DNA of 64,000 nucleotides, from assembly GCA_032718475.1 (NCBI GenBank), contig JAUCBJ010007452.1:32079-96078 (forward strand). Direction: 5' to 3'. The position numbers were made by a program, and so were the translations under genes. The notes below the pieces were generated by a model. That model worked only from the letters and a program-made list of their open reading frames with translations. It did no database searches and had not been told where the DNA came from. This stretch comes from Nemertoderma westbladi. Taxonomy: Eukaryota; Animalia; Xenacoelomorpha. Below, one piece after another: positions 24,724-37,284 of the stretch. Position 1 is the stretch's first letter, and every line of letters starts with the position of its first letter.

Positions 24724-25429
24724 GTTGTCCAGCGACGCGTGCCGTAGGTCCCGACCAGCCGCTGTTCGTGCACCTCCCCGAAATGGTCCTGTAGCGCTCG
24801 CGCTGCGTGACCTCTCTCTAACCGCTCGTAGTATCCCCTCGTCTTCTCTTCCGGATGCCTCTTGGTGAAATCCACTAGTATTTCTTTTCCTCCTGACTCC
24901 GCCTTTCTCTTCCTGATCAGTTTTCCCGCCATCCCGAACTCTCTCACTCGCTCACCTGTAAGGTGGTGCCTTACCAAGGCGCAGTACAGATGAGTGATAA
25001 GGTTAAGATGGTCTGTACAGTTCGACAATGGCCTAATTCCTATTTACTTTTGAGTTATAGCCTAACTTTGTTTCTGAAACTGTCAAGTTACAATAAATAA
25101 ATCTAAATTACAATTTTGTCCGTTACTTTAATTATGTTCCAGAATTTACTTTCTACTGTTACCATAATTTGTTAATTTTCTAATTTCTTATTTATTTTTA
25201 ATATTTTAATTTAATTCAATCCTACTACTGTGTTACTACTTACTATTGCCAATGGATTACTCTATTTCATAATCCACGTTCTGGCCTACTCTGTGGGCTT
25301 GTGCAGTACAACAGTATGCGTCGTGTGGCCTACACGATTTATCCAGCTGTACTCATATGCCCCCCTCTCGCTACTCACTACTAACTGATACCTACATTAT
25401 ACATACCCTTCTACCACTAACTCTTACTA

Positions 25430-25580
25430 TCCGGTACTAAGTACCCTCTTACTAACTCTAACTCCGCTAACTAACTAACCGGTACTATGTACCCTCTTAC
25501 TAACTCTAACTCCACTAACTAACTAACCGGTACTACGTACCCTCTTACTAACTCTAACTCCGCTAACTAACTAACCAGTA
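25430..25580. repeat. 48-bp tandem repeat x3 between integrase and accessory ORF of B
   Basis: ccggtactaNgtaccctcttactaactctaactccgctaactaactaa. Confidence 0.85.
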
Positions 25581-25607
25581 CTACAGCCTACTACAGCCTA
25601 CAGACTA

Positions 25608-28600
25608 CTATTTGCCTACAGCCCTTCTATAGGTCTTTCTATCTTTCGCTCCTATCTTCCCACCTATCCGCACTTCTACCGATCGGACTCTTCCGTCCTC
25701 GTCGGAGTAAGTGCCCACAACTCTCGCCAACCGCCATTGGTTGTTGATGATGGTATCGTCTGTGACGATCACCAGATCACCCTCCTTTAGCTCTCTGTTC
25801 GTGATCCTCCACTTGCTTCTCCTATGGAGCATGGGTAGGTATTCCTCGACCCACCTTCTCCAGTACTCTGCGCTTATCGCTTTAGCGACTTTCCAACTCT
25901 GTCGGGAGTGTATATCGTCTGGGTCTACACCCCGCATGTCGATGGTCGCTGGCCTCTCCATTAGAAAGTGACTAGGCGTCAACACGTCTAATGACTCCGG
26001 GTCATCATTTTCTGGATATAGCGGTCTGCTATTAATGATACCCTCGCACTTTGCTAGTACCGTCCTTAGTACGTCCTCTGCAACCATGTGGGTGTTCATC
26101 AATTTCGTCATCAGACGCTTGGAACTACCCACTAGTCTCTCGATGCCTTCCAAGAGTATGCGGAGCATACGGCGTCCTCCTCTCCCACTTCACCTGTCGT
26201 CTTCTCATGGCTGCCCTGACTTCTTCCCCTTCCAGGATATCCAAGGCATCCGCCATCTCGTTCTCCGCCCCCACAAAGTTGGTTCTGCTGTCAGAATATA
26301 TTACTGCACTCGTCCCACCTTTGCGGTCTCTGAACCTTTCTAGAGCATTAATGAATGCTGATGCGGTTGCATCTTGGGCGAGTTCTATCCCTACCGCCTG
26401 TGTGTTGTTACATACGAAGATGATGCCGTAGCGCTTCTCCGTGTGCCGCATCACCTTAATTTTTATCGGCCCGAACATATCCACACCGCAATGCGTAAAT
26501 GGCGGGTCGTGCTGTCTTACTCTACTGGCCGGTAGTGGCGCCATCTCCTGTATAGCTCGCTCCTTCTTAGCTCGTCGGCAGGTCTGGCACTGCCCCACTA
26601 CCGCCTTTACATTCTTTCTCAACTGTCTGACCCAAAAGGTCCTTCGTATCTCTGTGAGGGTTCGGTTGGTGCCCCCGTGCAATATCGACTTATGGGAGTC
26701 CCAGATGATCTGATAGACTATCGGTGATCCATTGGGGATGATGATGAGCTTCGGTGGGATGACAATGCTGTTGTTTTTCAACACCCTAGAGTTCATTACT
26801 AGGATCCCGTCATCATTGAGTTGTGGTGACAGTGTGATCAGCTCGCTGTCCCGTCGGAGATGCTGTTGTTTACCGACGCGTTCCACCTCGTCGCCGTAAT
26901 TCTTCCTTTGTTCGTAGCGGATGACGGCTTTAGCCGTCCCCTCCAGATCGACGGTTATTCTACCCTTTGTATCTCTACCGATTCCCCTAAGGAAGTCCCC
27001 GAAGGCTCTCCAGTACGCCACTAACGTCTTGGTCTTATACCAACTAGAGCTGTAGCTAAGGAGTTTGTCCGTTGGGATATCGCACAGTTCTTCCGGTTTC
27101 GGTTGCACGTCCCTTATCTCTCTCACCATCTGGCTGTATATCTCCTCACCTTCTGAATCTACTCCCTCCTCCTCTAACGCTACTTGTTCTGCGCCCGGGT
27201 CCACCTTTCTCATCGGCGGCCAGGCTGTCCTATCATTAAGAAATTGCGGCCCATGCTGCCACAATACTTCCTTCTTCAAGAAAGTGTGGCGTGCCACGCC
27301 CCTCAATAACAAGTCCGCTGGGTTCTCGTCCATTGGGCAGTAGTGCCACCTTCCTAACTCTGTAATTGCCCTTATTTCGTCCACCCTATTTGCGACGAAT
27401 ATAGGGTATCTCGTCCTTTCGTTGTGTAGCCAACCGAGCACTACCATGGAATCCGTCCAGTAGTGTGTTTCCACTATGTTGGGAATAGCGTCCACTAAGT
27501 AGGCTGTGGCCCTAACTCCTAATCTCACAGCTGTCAACTCGAGTTTCGGAACTGATGCTGAATCTGGTGGCGTCGACTTCGCTTTACTGGAATGCGAGTC
27601 TGGGCTTGTGAGCCCCCTCTCGCTGTACTAAGTAGAGTGCCGCTCCGTATGCCTCTAATGACGCATCGGAGAACATATGTAAATCCAGATTCGTCATGTT
27701 CCCGTCCGGGAAATATGCACGTGGCATGCTGTATGTTCCCTTCTGCTCTAAACTCTCTGTCCACTTGCTCCATTGCTTGCTAATCTCTTCCGGGACCTCT
27801 GTGTCCCACTCGTCCTTTAAATTGTATACTCTCTTGAGTATCTGTTTCCCCGTGACTAGTAATGGGGATGCTAGGCCTAGGGGATCATATATCCTTGCTA
27901 TGTACGACACATAGCCCCTCTTTGTGTGGATACCTGCGCCCTCCTGACTCAACTGGTATTTTAACTCGTCTGTCTCTCGGTTCCACACGATTCCTAGTGC
28001 CTTCTGCTGGGACTCCACTCTCTTGTTCGCCATGTCCTGTCCCTTGGCTGTCGTGGGATTATCCATGGTCGATTCTGGCCTCCTGTCCTCTATGGCTTTC
28101 ATCAACTCTTGCGAGCTGGATTGGAACTTGGTTAGGTTGAACCCGGATCCTTTTAGGATGTCGCGAACCTCGCGCCCCGTGTCCAGTAGTTCCTTAACCG
28201 TATTTCCAGACTCCATCCCGTCGTCTACATAGAAACCTCATCGAATCATATCAACGGCTTTGGCGCTGAACTTATTCTCCTTCCCTTCTACCGTGTCTCT
28301 TACGGCCATAGTCTTTGTAAATGAAGACGACTTGGCTCCCATGTTCTGTACTATCATCTTATCCATTGGTATGGTCGACGGTTCCTCAATCCGTTCCTGA
28401 ATCTGAGTAGGACCTCGATCCCTGAGTTGTAGATGTTGGGACCCTCCAGCAGATAATGGTTTAGGCATTTTCCATTGGTCTTGGCCGATGCGTCAACTAC
28501 CATCCGCAGTTTACCTTTCTTCGGGTCTAGAGCCACGTGGAGTGGCAGGTAATATGTCCTGTCCGTGTTTGGTTCATCGACCGGTAACTCCACGGCCCAT

Positions 28601-30014
28601 CCTTTCTCGACATACTTTCTAATTGTCTTGTGAATGTACTCATTCTTCTCGGGGCTCCGTTTTAGCGTCTGCTTCAACTTACGAAGCCTCGTGAGTACCA
28701 TTCCTTTGTTGTCGGGTAACGGTAGCTTCGGTAGCTTCCATACCATTCCTATGGTATACCGCCCCTCATCGCATGTCATCGATTCCTTTACACTTTGTAG
28801 AGCCTGCTTGTCTTCTACCGAGGTTCCGACCCCGGTCTCCTTTAATCCCTCAAAATCCTGCCTGAGCAGTCTCCTGAGCTGCTCCTCCGCTCCCTCATCT
28901 CCCATTTCTCGCATAGTTCCCGCAAACATGCATCCTGATGTCTCCGACATCCTAAATGGTATCTTACTCCTGATTGGGCCACTCAGCATCCACCCGAATG
29001 GTGTTAATATCGCCACCGGGTCACACTGCCTGTCTTCGCCGAAGACCGTTCGCATTCTCTCGTGGGCCGTCGGGCAGTCCATTCCTACTATGATGGATAC
29101 CTTCCTGACGTCCACCTCTGGGATTGAGAAGTCGATACTGTCCAGGAATCTATATTGTTCGACCTCGATGTTGGTTGGCCGCCTGGCGTTAATATTTATC
29201 GACTCTATTACCTGGATGGGGTCGATGGTCGCCCCATAGTCGCATCCCGGTGCTATCGCTGCTATCGCGCACCGTCCGGTCCTCATCTCCAGAACCTCAT
29301 CTTTGCTGGAGATGGTTGTTACCGCCATTCTACTTGGCCTCATCCTCAATCCTATCTCTTCGGCCACCCAATCCTCAACTAAGGTGAAGGCTGCACCACT
29401 GTCGACCAGCATCAGTGTGGTTACTGATCGATTGCCTTCCCCGATTACCCTTACTGGTACTACCCCCAATAGTACCGTTCCTCTCTTCCTTGCCGCTACG
29501 GTGCTCGCTGCCATTGTCTGTCCTTTGCTCTGACCAAACTTAATTGGCGTTTCTTTGCATTGGTTGGCTCTATGTCCACTCATCACACATCGCGAGCAGA
29601 TTTAATTTCTTCTCGCGTATTCTACCTGATCTTCCCTAGGTAGTGCTTGCCAATACCTGCAGTTCATGGTCTGATGAAGCGCATTTGTATGTAGTTGGCA
29701 TTTGCTCTTTGGGTTGTAGCCATCCTTATAAAGTGCGTTGCATATCGCACTTATATTTGTACCAAAGTCCCTACTATTCTTATTGTTTGGGTTCGGCCTA
29801 CTGGGCGTGCTGGGGTTATGTTTATTTGTGTTGTTATTTTTCCCCTGTCCGCTCCATGATGTGGTCTTACCCCCGGCTACTTGTGGACTGGTAGTCCCCT
29901 GCGTTGCTGCGTACGGCAGTGACTGTCTGAGCTTTGGCAATGCGTTCGACGCGTTGTGCTCTGGTTTCGGCCTGTGGTAATCGGTCTTTGGTCCCTCTCC
30001 CAGGCTATCCTCGC
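25608..30014 (-). pseudogene. Element B Gag C-terminus and pol (PR-RT-RH-IN), with frameshifts, stops and an RT deletion
   Basis: Knuckles CQLHTNALHQTMNC and CSRCVMSGHRANQC; PR LVDSGA; RT FYVDDG, but the segment after FRNG that carries the first catalytic Asp is missing; RH FSDAS, WTDS, NPAD; IN GVDMFGP, YSDS, ERLVG. Confidence 0.92.
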
Positions 30015-32234
30015 TGTTGTGTCCTCTACGGTAGGGACTACCCTACAGCCTACAAATCTACCAATACGAAGCTATAGAATATCTCTATCCGTAAAGTCCA
30101 GTAGCATACCGCTTACCAGATCCTAGTAACGATGTATCTTACTATGAGACTCTAGTAATGAAACGGGCTCGTACAGTATCTGACAACAAATCCCAGTCCA
30201 GGATATCTAAACAAACAGATACAATACACAAACTACTACTGGCGAGGAGCAGAGCCTGGCGTCTATTCTATGTACGTGGGCGGGTCTAATGCCTACGTAC
30301 TAGACAAAAGGATACCTGTCCTCTAACCGGTATGGCAGATGTACAGTTACAGTAACAGACCAAACTCACGGGAAAACAATCCCCGCGCAGCGAATCCTAA
30401 CTATCGCTGACAGTCCTAAATACAGTAACTTGCCGCGGTGTGATTTATATGGTTTATATACGAGCTAAGTGGGTTACAGACCTAGCGTTACAATACTGAT
30501 CTCAGTCCTTAATCAGTCTAAAGGGGGTCGTGCCTAATGTAACAATACTGTTGAGCAGAAAACAACAGTTTAATAACGAAAATGAAATACTCCTTCTCAT
30601 GCCGTAACTAAATATCTGATCCTAATTTTACAAATACCGAAAGTACGATAAATATACCTTGCCTAAAGTGATCTAAAGTACGCTATAACTAGTAGGAACT
30701 CTAAGGGTAAATATGTTTTAGGGCGTGTGTGTGTGGGTGTGTTACAATAAAACAATTTTGGTGTATATCTTTTCACTAGGTTTTAGTGATTTTCTGACCG
30801 AAATGATACCGTGCGCTAGCTACTAAAATGAACTAGTCGCGTTTTGTAGAACTTTATACTCACAAATGACGTCAAAGCTCTCTCCTTCCTATCCACAACT
30901 CAAGGGGCAACCACGGTGTTAGTAACTACACCCGTGATCGGCACTAATACCAGATTCTGGTTGTAAGATAAGAAATAGGGGTTAGTCGCTACCGTACGTT
31001 AGCTGATCTGGTATACAAATTTGATTCTAGAACTTTGTTGCCGCGGTAGTTAGCAGCAATACCTATCAGTACGTGGCAAGGCGCGGTAGGATATTAATAA
31101 AAACCTCCCTAGGCCAAGCGATGTGCCGGTAGCAGAAATACTCCTTGCCTGATCAAATAACTAACTTCAGGCAGGGGGGGGGGGGGGTACTAATGTATGT
31201 TCTACAGAGCGAACCGGTACCAAACAGTCAGTACTACAAATCACTAAATTATGGAACATATGCTGTCCGTACCTAATATGTACTTGCGTACTGACGAACG
31301 GCAATAGCTCGCAATACCTGTGAGGTATACAGGTAACCCGGGGATTTGCAGGACTGACAAAGGGGTTTCTGCCTAAATATAATTATTTGATCCTAAATTT
31401 TGCGGCGTCCAGGACGGCGTCACGCTTACCCTGATCTATAGGTCTTACGGCGGGCAAGGGCGTCGAACAAAGTCTTACCTTCCTCATAAAGCGGGCGCTG
31501 CATGGCAAGTGGAGTATTTCGAAGGGCGAAGGGGGTGTGCGGTCAAATCCAATGTGGGCGCTAGCGTGTTGTGGACATCTTTCCCCTGCGTTGCTGACGG
31601 CCTAACGGTCTAGGCTGCCATCTTCCCGATGTTTGGCTGTCCCAAAGTTGGACCAAAAGAAAACATGTTCAGGAGTTTGCAGTGTATTTACAGTTTAGCA
31701 AAAGATTTATCAAACAGAATTACAATAGTTTCAACAAGAAACCAACAAAGTATAACGAAATGATTAGTGCAACTAGTGCAGCAAGTAAGCAAGTAGAAGT
31801 ATGTGTGTGTGATAACCGAAAGCAAACCAGCCCTTTATATACTAAATCTGGGACATAGAATTCACTAGAACCTTCGAGAGTATTCGATGGCCTCACATTG
31901 GAGCAATAAGATATTCCATGCCCTATGATTGGCCCAACTCATCGTTCGATACGTTGTACGCACCTCATTGGCTTACCAATCTGTACCAAATGAAAATAAA
32001 TGGCCCCAAAATACAAATTTCCCGACCGGGATTCGAACTCGTAACCTATCTGTAATGTAACCAACGCCTTAACCATCTGACCACTACGCCACGAGAGTAA
32101 CTAGAGGTTTTATGTATACAAATATGAATAGGCATATTACATTACTGTAACTTAATCAAAATGCGTCGGATTTTCGAAAGTTTTTACGTTAAAGTTAAAC
32201 TACAAATGCTATCTTATAGTGAAATAATTCATCA
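30015..32234 (-). repeat. 3' LTR of element C (2220 bp); PPT-like TGGAGCGG abuts at 32235-32242
   Basis: tgttgtgtcc...ttcatca, direct repeat of 45126-47346. Confidence 0.96.
32021..32090 (-). other. tRNA-derived Pol III promoter module (A and B boxes) in U3 of the C 3' LTR
   Basis: TGGTCAGATGG ... GAGTTCGAATCC at tRNA spacing; acceptor stem does not pair; TTTT follows shortly downstream. Confidence 0.7.
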
Positions 32235-32564
32235 CCGCTCCATGAAAACAGTAAGTAAGACTGTTTTCACCAATCGAAATACAAAATATTTACAAACTAC
32301 TTCTAAATCTACTGGTGGGACCTAAAATATAAAATAATCACTATCTAATTATTGCATACTTAATATTGCAGGTACAGCGTAAATACAATCCATCATACAT
32401 ACAAAATACAAATTTACTAATTAACTTTAGTGCATAAAATACAAAAGGGCTTTCGGTTATCAAGATAAACAAATTAAACAAATTAGATCAAAACAAATTA
32501 GAACAAATCAAACAAATAATTTCAATCTTTCAATAAATCTTTATATATTGTAAATATACATAAT

Positions 32565-32735
32565 AAACTTCCACCAAATTAAATCAGTCCAAATATAAAA
32601 TAAACACAAGGCGCTAATAACTTCCACCAAATTAAATCAGTTCAAATATAAAATAAACACAAGGCGCTAATAACTTCCACCAAATTAAATCAGTTCAAAT
32701 ATAAAATAAACATAATACGCTAATAACTTCCAAAT
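32565..32735. repeat. ~53-bp tandem repeat x3 in the 3' UTR of C
   Basis: taataacttccaccaaattaaatcagttcaaatataaaataaacacaaggcgc. Confidence 0.8.
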
Positions 32736-33895
32736 AAGTTGTAAAGTGTCCTTCTGCGCTTGTGTCCTTCTGGGCTCCTCCCCGAGGCGCACCCACGAGG
32801 CGGACACCTTTCCACCACCCCTGGGGCCAGTCTGACTGCCTGTTATTATCAGACCGGGCCGGAGGGTGGCCCGATGCTTCCCGGGTTCAATTTTCAATTC
32901 CCCGATCACACCGGCACAGATCGTCGCACGTGTAGCCAGATGGTCGGCTACTGTCAACTTACTGTGGCCTGACTGTACATTGAGCCAACTCAGAGAATCA
33001 ACCGGCGGGTGGACCAGTCAATAGCGATCGAGCACCAAGGTCGCCCTTGGGCCTAACCGACGGTCTTGTCCCAAGTGGGCTTGCGCTACCCGACATTGGA
33101 ATTTTGACTCGTTTTCACCCGCCTCGCCGGCAGTATTGGAGGATACTGACTAGCACAAAGGCTAGGAACAAGTCACCACTTAACAGTCACTGTACACGTG
33201 TACTCAACAGATGCTCAAAATATCAAGTACACAAATCGGACACATACCATACACACACAGAAGACAAAATCGGGAAAGACAAAATCGGGGTCAAAGTCAG
33301 AGGGGACAAATTGTATCGACTAGCAGGCTAATTGAGAGTACCTTATTTTGCCGTCAGGGCAAAATAACTTTGTGTGCACAAAGTATGCTGGGGCGCAGTA
33401 GAGATATGGTCCTACTAATACCAGCGGCGTCGTCTGGACCAACTGGAAAGGTTTCCCACACTCACTCGCAGTGGCCACACATACAATCACGTGTACTCAC
33501 GTACCCACAGCAACGGAAAGCTCAAAGACCCAAACAAATACCAAAGACCAATCAGCTGAACATGGAGACAATAACATATAGTATCAAAAAAACGGAACAG
33601 CTGATGGCCAAAGGAACCCATCCAAGCCCCAAGCAAACTGCCACTGGTCTCTCACATACAAATCATAGTTCATACCACATGAGCCACAAATCACGCCATG
33701 CCACCACACCCCTACTGTGTACAGGACTGGCAGTACGGCAACAGGCCGACTAGACGGAACCACGGCACCATGGCGATTCATGGTTCATTAGACACGAGGG
33801 CCTTCAGTGACTCCCTTGCACTATATTTAAGATTTAGCGTGCCCCCAGACCCTTCGAGTCCGCCGCCGCCTGTTGCTCGCACCCCTATAGAGACC

Positions 33896-34734
33896 TCACC
33901 TCTTTAGGTATGAGCTTAAAAGTTCGTCCTGCTGGTCTGGATATCTTCTCCTGAGCACAAATATAAATACCAAATATAAATACCAAATATAAATATCCAA
34001 ATATAAATATCTGGTTGGTCTTGCGACTGGTACTATCGCTTTGGTAGGATGGGGCCGAGGTTCTCGCGTCATCTCGACATGAGGTCGCTGTAGTCTCTGC
34101 GACAAACGCTGAGCGAAGGTGATACTATCGAAGAGCTCGGGTGTCATCTCCTTAGATTCGGTTTGATCGTGGGATATCCAGTAAAATGGTAGGCTCGCGA
34201 GCCTTCCGCCGAACTCCTCGATCTCGCCTTTCTCGTACGCCTTGTACGCCCTGTAGAGGCTCAAAGCTTCCCGTTTCTCTTGCGTCGACTTATTAGATTC
34301 GTCCACTACCATGCTGTAGACGTCTGGTTCGACTAATTTGGGTTCGTAAATAACGATTTCACCCGCGTTCGGTCCACTCATCTAGAACGAATGGTACGGA
34401 TTCGTCAAAGGGTATCCGCCTTCTTGGTAACGTAGACTTTGGTGGTATGAGCATCGCGCTAATATCAGCTCGGGGTTCTCGCAAACGTCGCTGGCATCGC
34501 ATAACGCATAGTAGGGGTACAACGCTTTGAACTCCGCGCGTAACTCCTCCGCTCTTTTGTTATAAGCGTCCAATCGCTGTCGCGTGATGTTTGGATCCGC
34601 CTTGGACTTAGCGAGCTTGGCTGTACTCCTAGCCATACTCTCCACTTCAAACACGTTAAAGTTTTGGCTCCATAACGATTAAACGGTGCCTGGTGCTCTT
34701 ATTCCTGCGTGGATCCCTGATAATAGTGTTTCTA
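33896..34734 (-). pseudogene. Element C accessory ORF of unknown function (one frame, two in-frame stops) downstream of a strong splice acceptor
   Basis: ORFs 34382-34654 and 33896-34381 abut in frame across a TAG; the frame extends up to ETLLSGIHAG... right after CTAAC-polypyrimidine-TAG at 34735-34760. Confidence 0.5.
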
Positions 34735-35409
34735 CTAGAGGAAGCACAAACAGAAGTTAGATGTGAGGAGACTTAGAGTTTTGTCGGCTTTTGGCTCAAC
34801 TTTGCTCTAAAACCCCTACCCATTTGCCTAATGACTTCGGGTTCGCGTGATTTCGCAGTGGCTCTTAATCCAAAATTGTGCCGATAAAAAACGAATTCCG
34901 GGTAAACTAGCCGCGAGTCTAAAATACTCACCTTTTAATTTCCCAAACTATGTTCCCAAAGAAATAATAGTGCAGTCGAGAATTAATTTGGTCTAAATAA
35001 TAGTAGACACGACTACGTAGAACAAGGCCGATTTTCTTTTCCAAAAAAATTTATCGGTAGGCTCGCAAGCCTTCCATCCGCTCTTGTCCTCCCCAATTTT
35101 AAATTTATCTAGCTGTATTCTAGAATTCACATTCACTGGAGAATCATTTTTCTTTTAAATCCAACTAAATGGATTTGTCTAATAAATTTTGAAAAATTGT
35201 CTCACTTGTGGGTTCCAAGTGGAATTCCATTCCTACTGTACACACAATCCCGCTCCTATGTGATACATGTTCACATATAAAGACAATGGAATTCCACCGC
35301 TGTCTCTATCTACAGTGAAGAGGATTACAAATGCACATACAGTAATACAAAATACTAAATTACTAAAATACGGTAAAGCTATGTGTGGCGGCCATCAAAG
35401 GTCCCACAT

Positions 35410-37260
35410 CTATTTACTAATATTGGGTGGAGATTTGTAGTCTCCTGTCTCGTTTCTAGTTTCCTCTAGGAGTACGAGACGTTGTACAGGCCTATCTACG
35501 GTACGTCCGTCGATAGTCCTTACAGTAACGGTCCTTACTACACCGGATGTAGGGTGTGTGGTCAAAATGACTCCAGTCAGCCAAAACCGTCTTTTCAGAT
35601 TAGCTTCAGCCAATAAAACGTGGTCACCACGTCTCAAACATCGTGTATTTAGATACCAAGAGGTTCTGGTCGAAATAGAGGGCAAATAATATTTCTGCCA
35701 TATTTCCCAGAATTTATTTGCAAGTAGTTGAGTGATTTTCCAAGCCTTGTTGCCGTATCCGTCACTATCAACGGGTACCGAAATGGGCAACAATGTCGTC
35801 GGCGCCTGCATAAGCAGGTGCGCTGGTGTCAAGGCAAACTGTGCGTCGTTATTGTCTGGGATCAAAGCTATCGGTCTAGTGTTTAAGATTGCTTCGATTT
35901 CTATTAGTAACGTCGTCAGTTGGTCGTCTGTCATAATGTGTTGCGTCGGTATCACTTTAGCCATAGCTGTTTTTATTGAGCCAATCAGCCTTTCCCAAAC
36001 GCCGCCTCTCCACGGACTGTCTGGAGTGTTGAAATTCCAAACAATACGGTGAGGACGTAGTTCCTCGGAAATCTGGTTTTGGTCCAACTTTCTCAAAGCT
36101 CTGGTTATCTCGTTCCGTGCGCCCACAAAGTTTGTCCCTTGGTCGCAGTAAATGGATTTGACCAATCCACGTCTAGCGATAAATCGCCGTAAGGCTAGGA
36201 TAAAGGCATTGGTGGTCAAATCTGTCACTCGCTCTATATGGACAGCTCTGCTGGCCATGCAAGTGAAGATCAATCCCCAACGTTTTACCTGTACCCTTCC
36301 GCGTTTCGCGATTATGGGTCCAAAACAGTCTATCCCTGTCTCAGTGAAAGGGGGTCTAAATGCCTGTAATCTTGCTAGTGGTAGTTCACTCATTTCTTGG
36401 TGTCCTATCCTCGCGTGCACCTTCTTACAAATCATACAGTTCCGTGTTACCGAACTCAGTGCCTTACTAGGTCTAATCAGTACAAACCTCGATCGTAAGT
36501 GTGATAGACAGTGGTGTCTACCCACGTGTTTGAGTTGTACATGTGCGTCCAGTATCATAGCGCGCTGTAATTCATGGTGTTGCGGTATGATGATAGGATA
36601 CCTAAAGTCAAGTGCAAAGTCGATGTTTTGGAGTCTGGACTTGTGACAAAGTAAGCCCCGGTAAATAATCGGACTCCAACTCAAAATCGGTGAAGACTTA
36701 ATCTGTTTACCTTGGTTGATCGCTGTGAACTCTTGTGCGAAATATCGCAATTGATAATGTCGAATGATATCAACTTCACAGTGGCCAACTTCCTTTAAGG
36801 TAAGTCTTCTAGGAAAGTCGCGTTTGCCTCTGGCATATTGTCTCAAACGTTTGAGCCATGCTAACTTGCGGCACGCGTCAGTCCATGATCTAGTTAGGTT
36901 CACTATCCGGTCAACGTAAGTGTTAGTGACGTCATCAGGTAAGGTGTAGTCGTAGTGTGGATACTTGTCTGGACTTGGTAGGCCCACGGGCCTTCCGGTA
37001 GGTTTGTCTGAGTCCCCAAGTTCGTCAATCTTTACGGTCTTACCTTTACCGTCCGCACCTAATGTGTCGACTGGCAGTAACGGTTTCAACTCTACAGTAT
37101 CAGTGTGTTCCTGTGAGCCTGTAAGCTTCCTAACCTTAGTCACACGTTTACCTGTAGGTGGTAAGTCAAGTACTTTCTTTGAGCAGAGTGTGATCGCTGT
37201 GGCCACACCTTTGTCGTCCAAAGAAGTCAAATTCGGTAAGTCTCTAAAAGTCCGCTCCAA
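35410..37260 (-). CDS. Element C integrase (HHCC, DDE, C-terminal domain)
   Basis: H..LKH...CMIC; GIDCFGP; YCDQGTNF; GGVWERLI; LNTRP; RPVQRLVLL. Confidence 0.93.
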   Translation of the reverse strand: MERTFRDLPNLTSLDDKGVATAITLCSKKVLDLPPTGKRVTKVRKLTGSQEHTDTVELKPLLPVDTLGADGKGKTVKIDELGDSDKPTGRPVGLPSPDKYPHYDYTLPDDVTNTYVDRIVNLTRSWTDACRKLAWLKRLRQYARGKRDFPRRLTLKEVGHCEVDIIRHYQLRYFAQEFTAINQGKQIKSSPILSWSPIIYRGLLCHKSRLQNIDFALDFRYPIIIPQHHELQRAMILDAHVQLKHVGRHHCLSHLRSRFVLIRPSKALSSVTRNCMICKKVHARIGHQEMSELPLARLQAFRPPFTETGIDCFGPIIAKRGRVQVKRWGLIFTCMASRAVHIERVTDLTTNAFILALRRFIARRGLVKSIYCDQGTNFVGARNEITRALRKLDQNQISEELRPHRIVWNFNTPDSPWRGGVWERLIGSIKTAMAKVIPTQHIMTDDQLTTLLIEIEAILNTRPIALIPDNNDAQFALTPAHLLMQAPTTLLPISVPVDSDGYGNKAWKITQLLANKFWEIWQKYYLPSISTRTSWYLNTRCLRRGDHVLLAEANLKRRFWLTGVILTTHPTSGVVRTVTVRTIDGRTVDRPVQRLVLLEETRNETGDYKSPPNISK

Positions 37261-37284
37261 TGGGTCCTTTAATGGAGTGTCTAG

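Noticed and set aside
23042-25028. env gene (endogenous retrovirus-like)
   Set aside because: No signal peptide, fusion motif or transmembrane helix visible; motifs fit an exonuclease
32021-32090. Functional tRNA gene or self-encoded tRNA primer
   Set aside because: Acceptor and anticodon stems do not pair, and its 3' end is not complementary to the PBS of C
33047-33907. Plus-strand ORFs (94, 180 and 69 aa) in the 3' region of C
   Set aside because: No recognisable motifs, overlapping frames, antisense to the element; treated as chance
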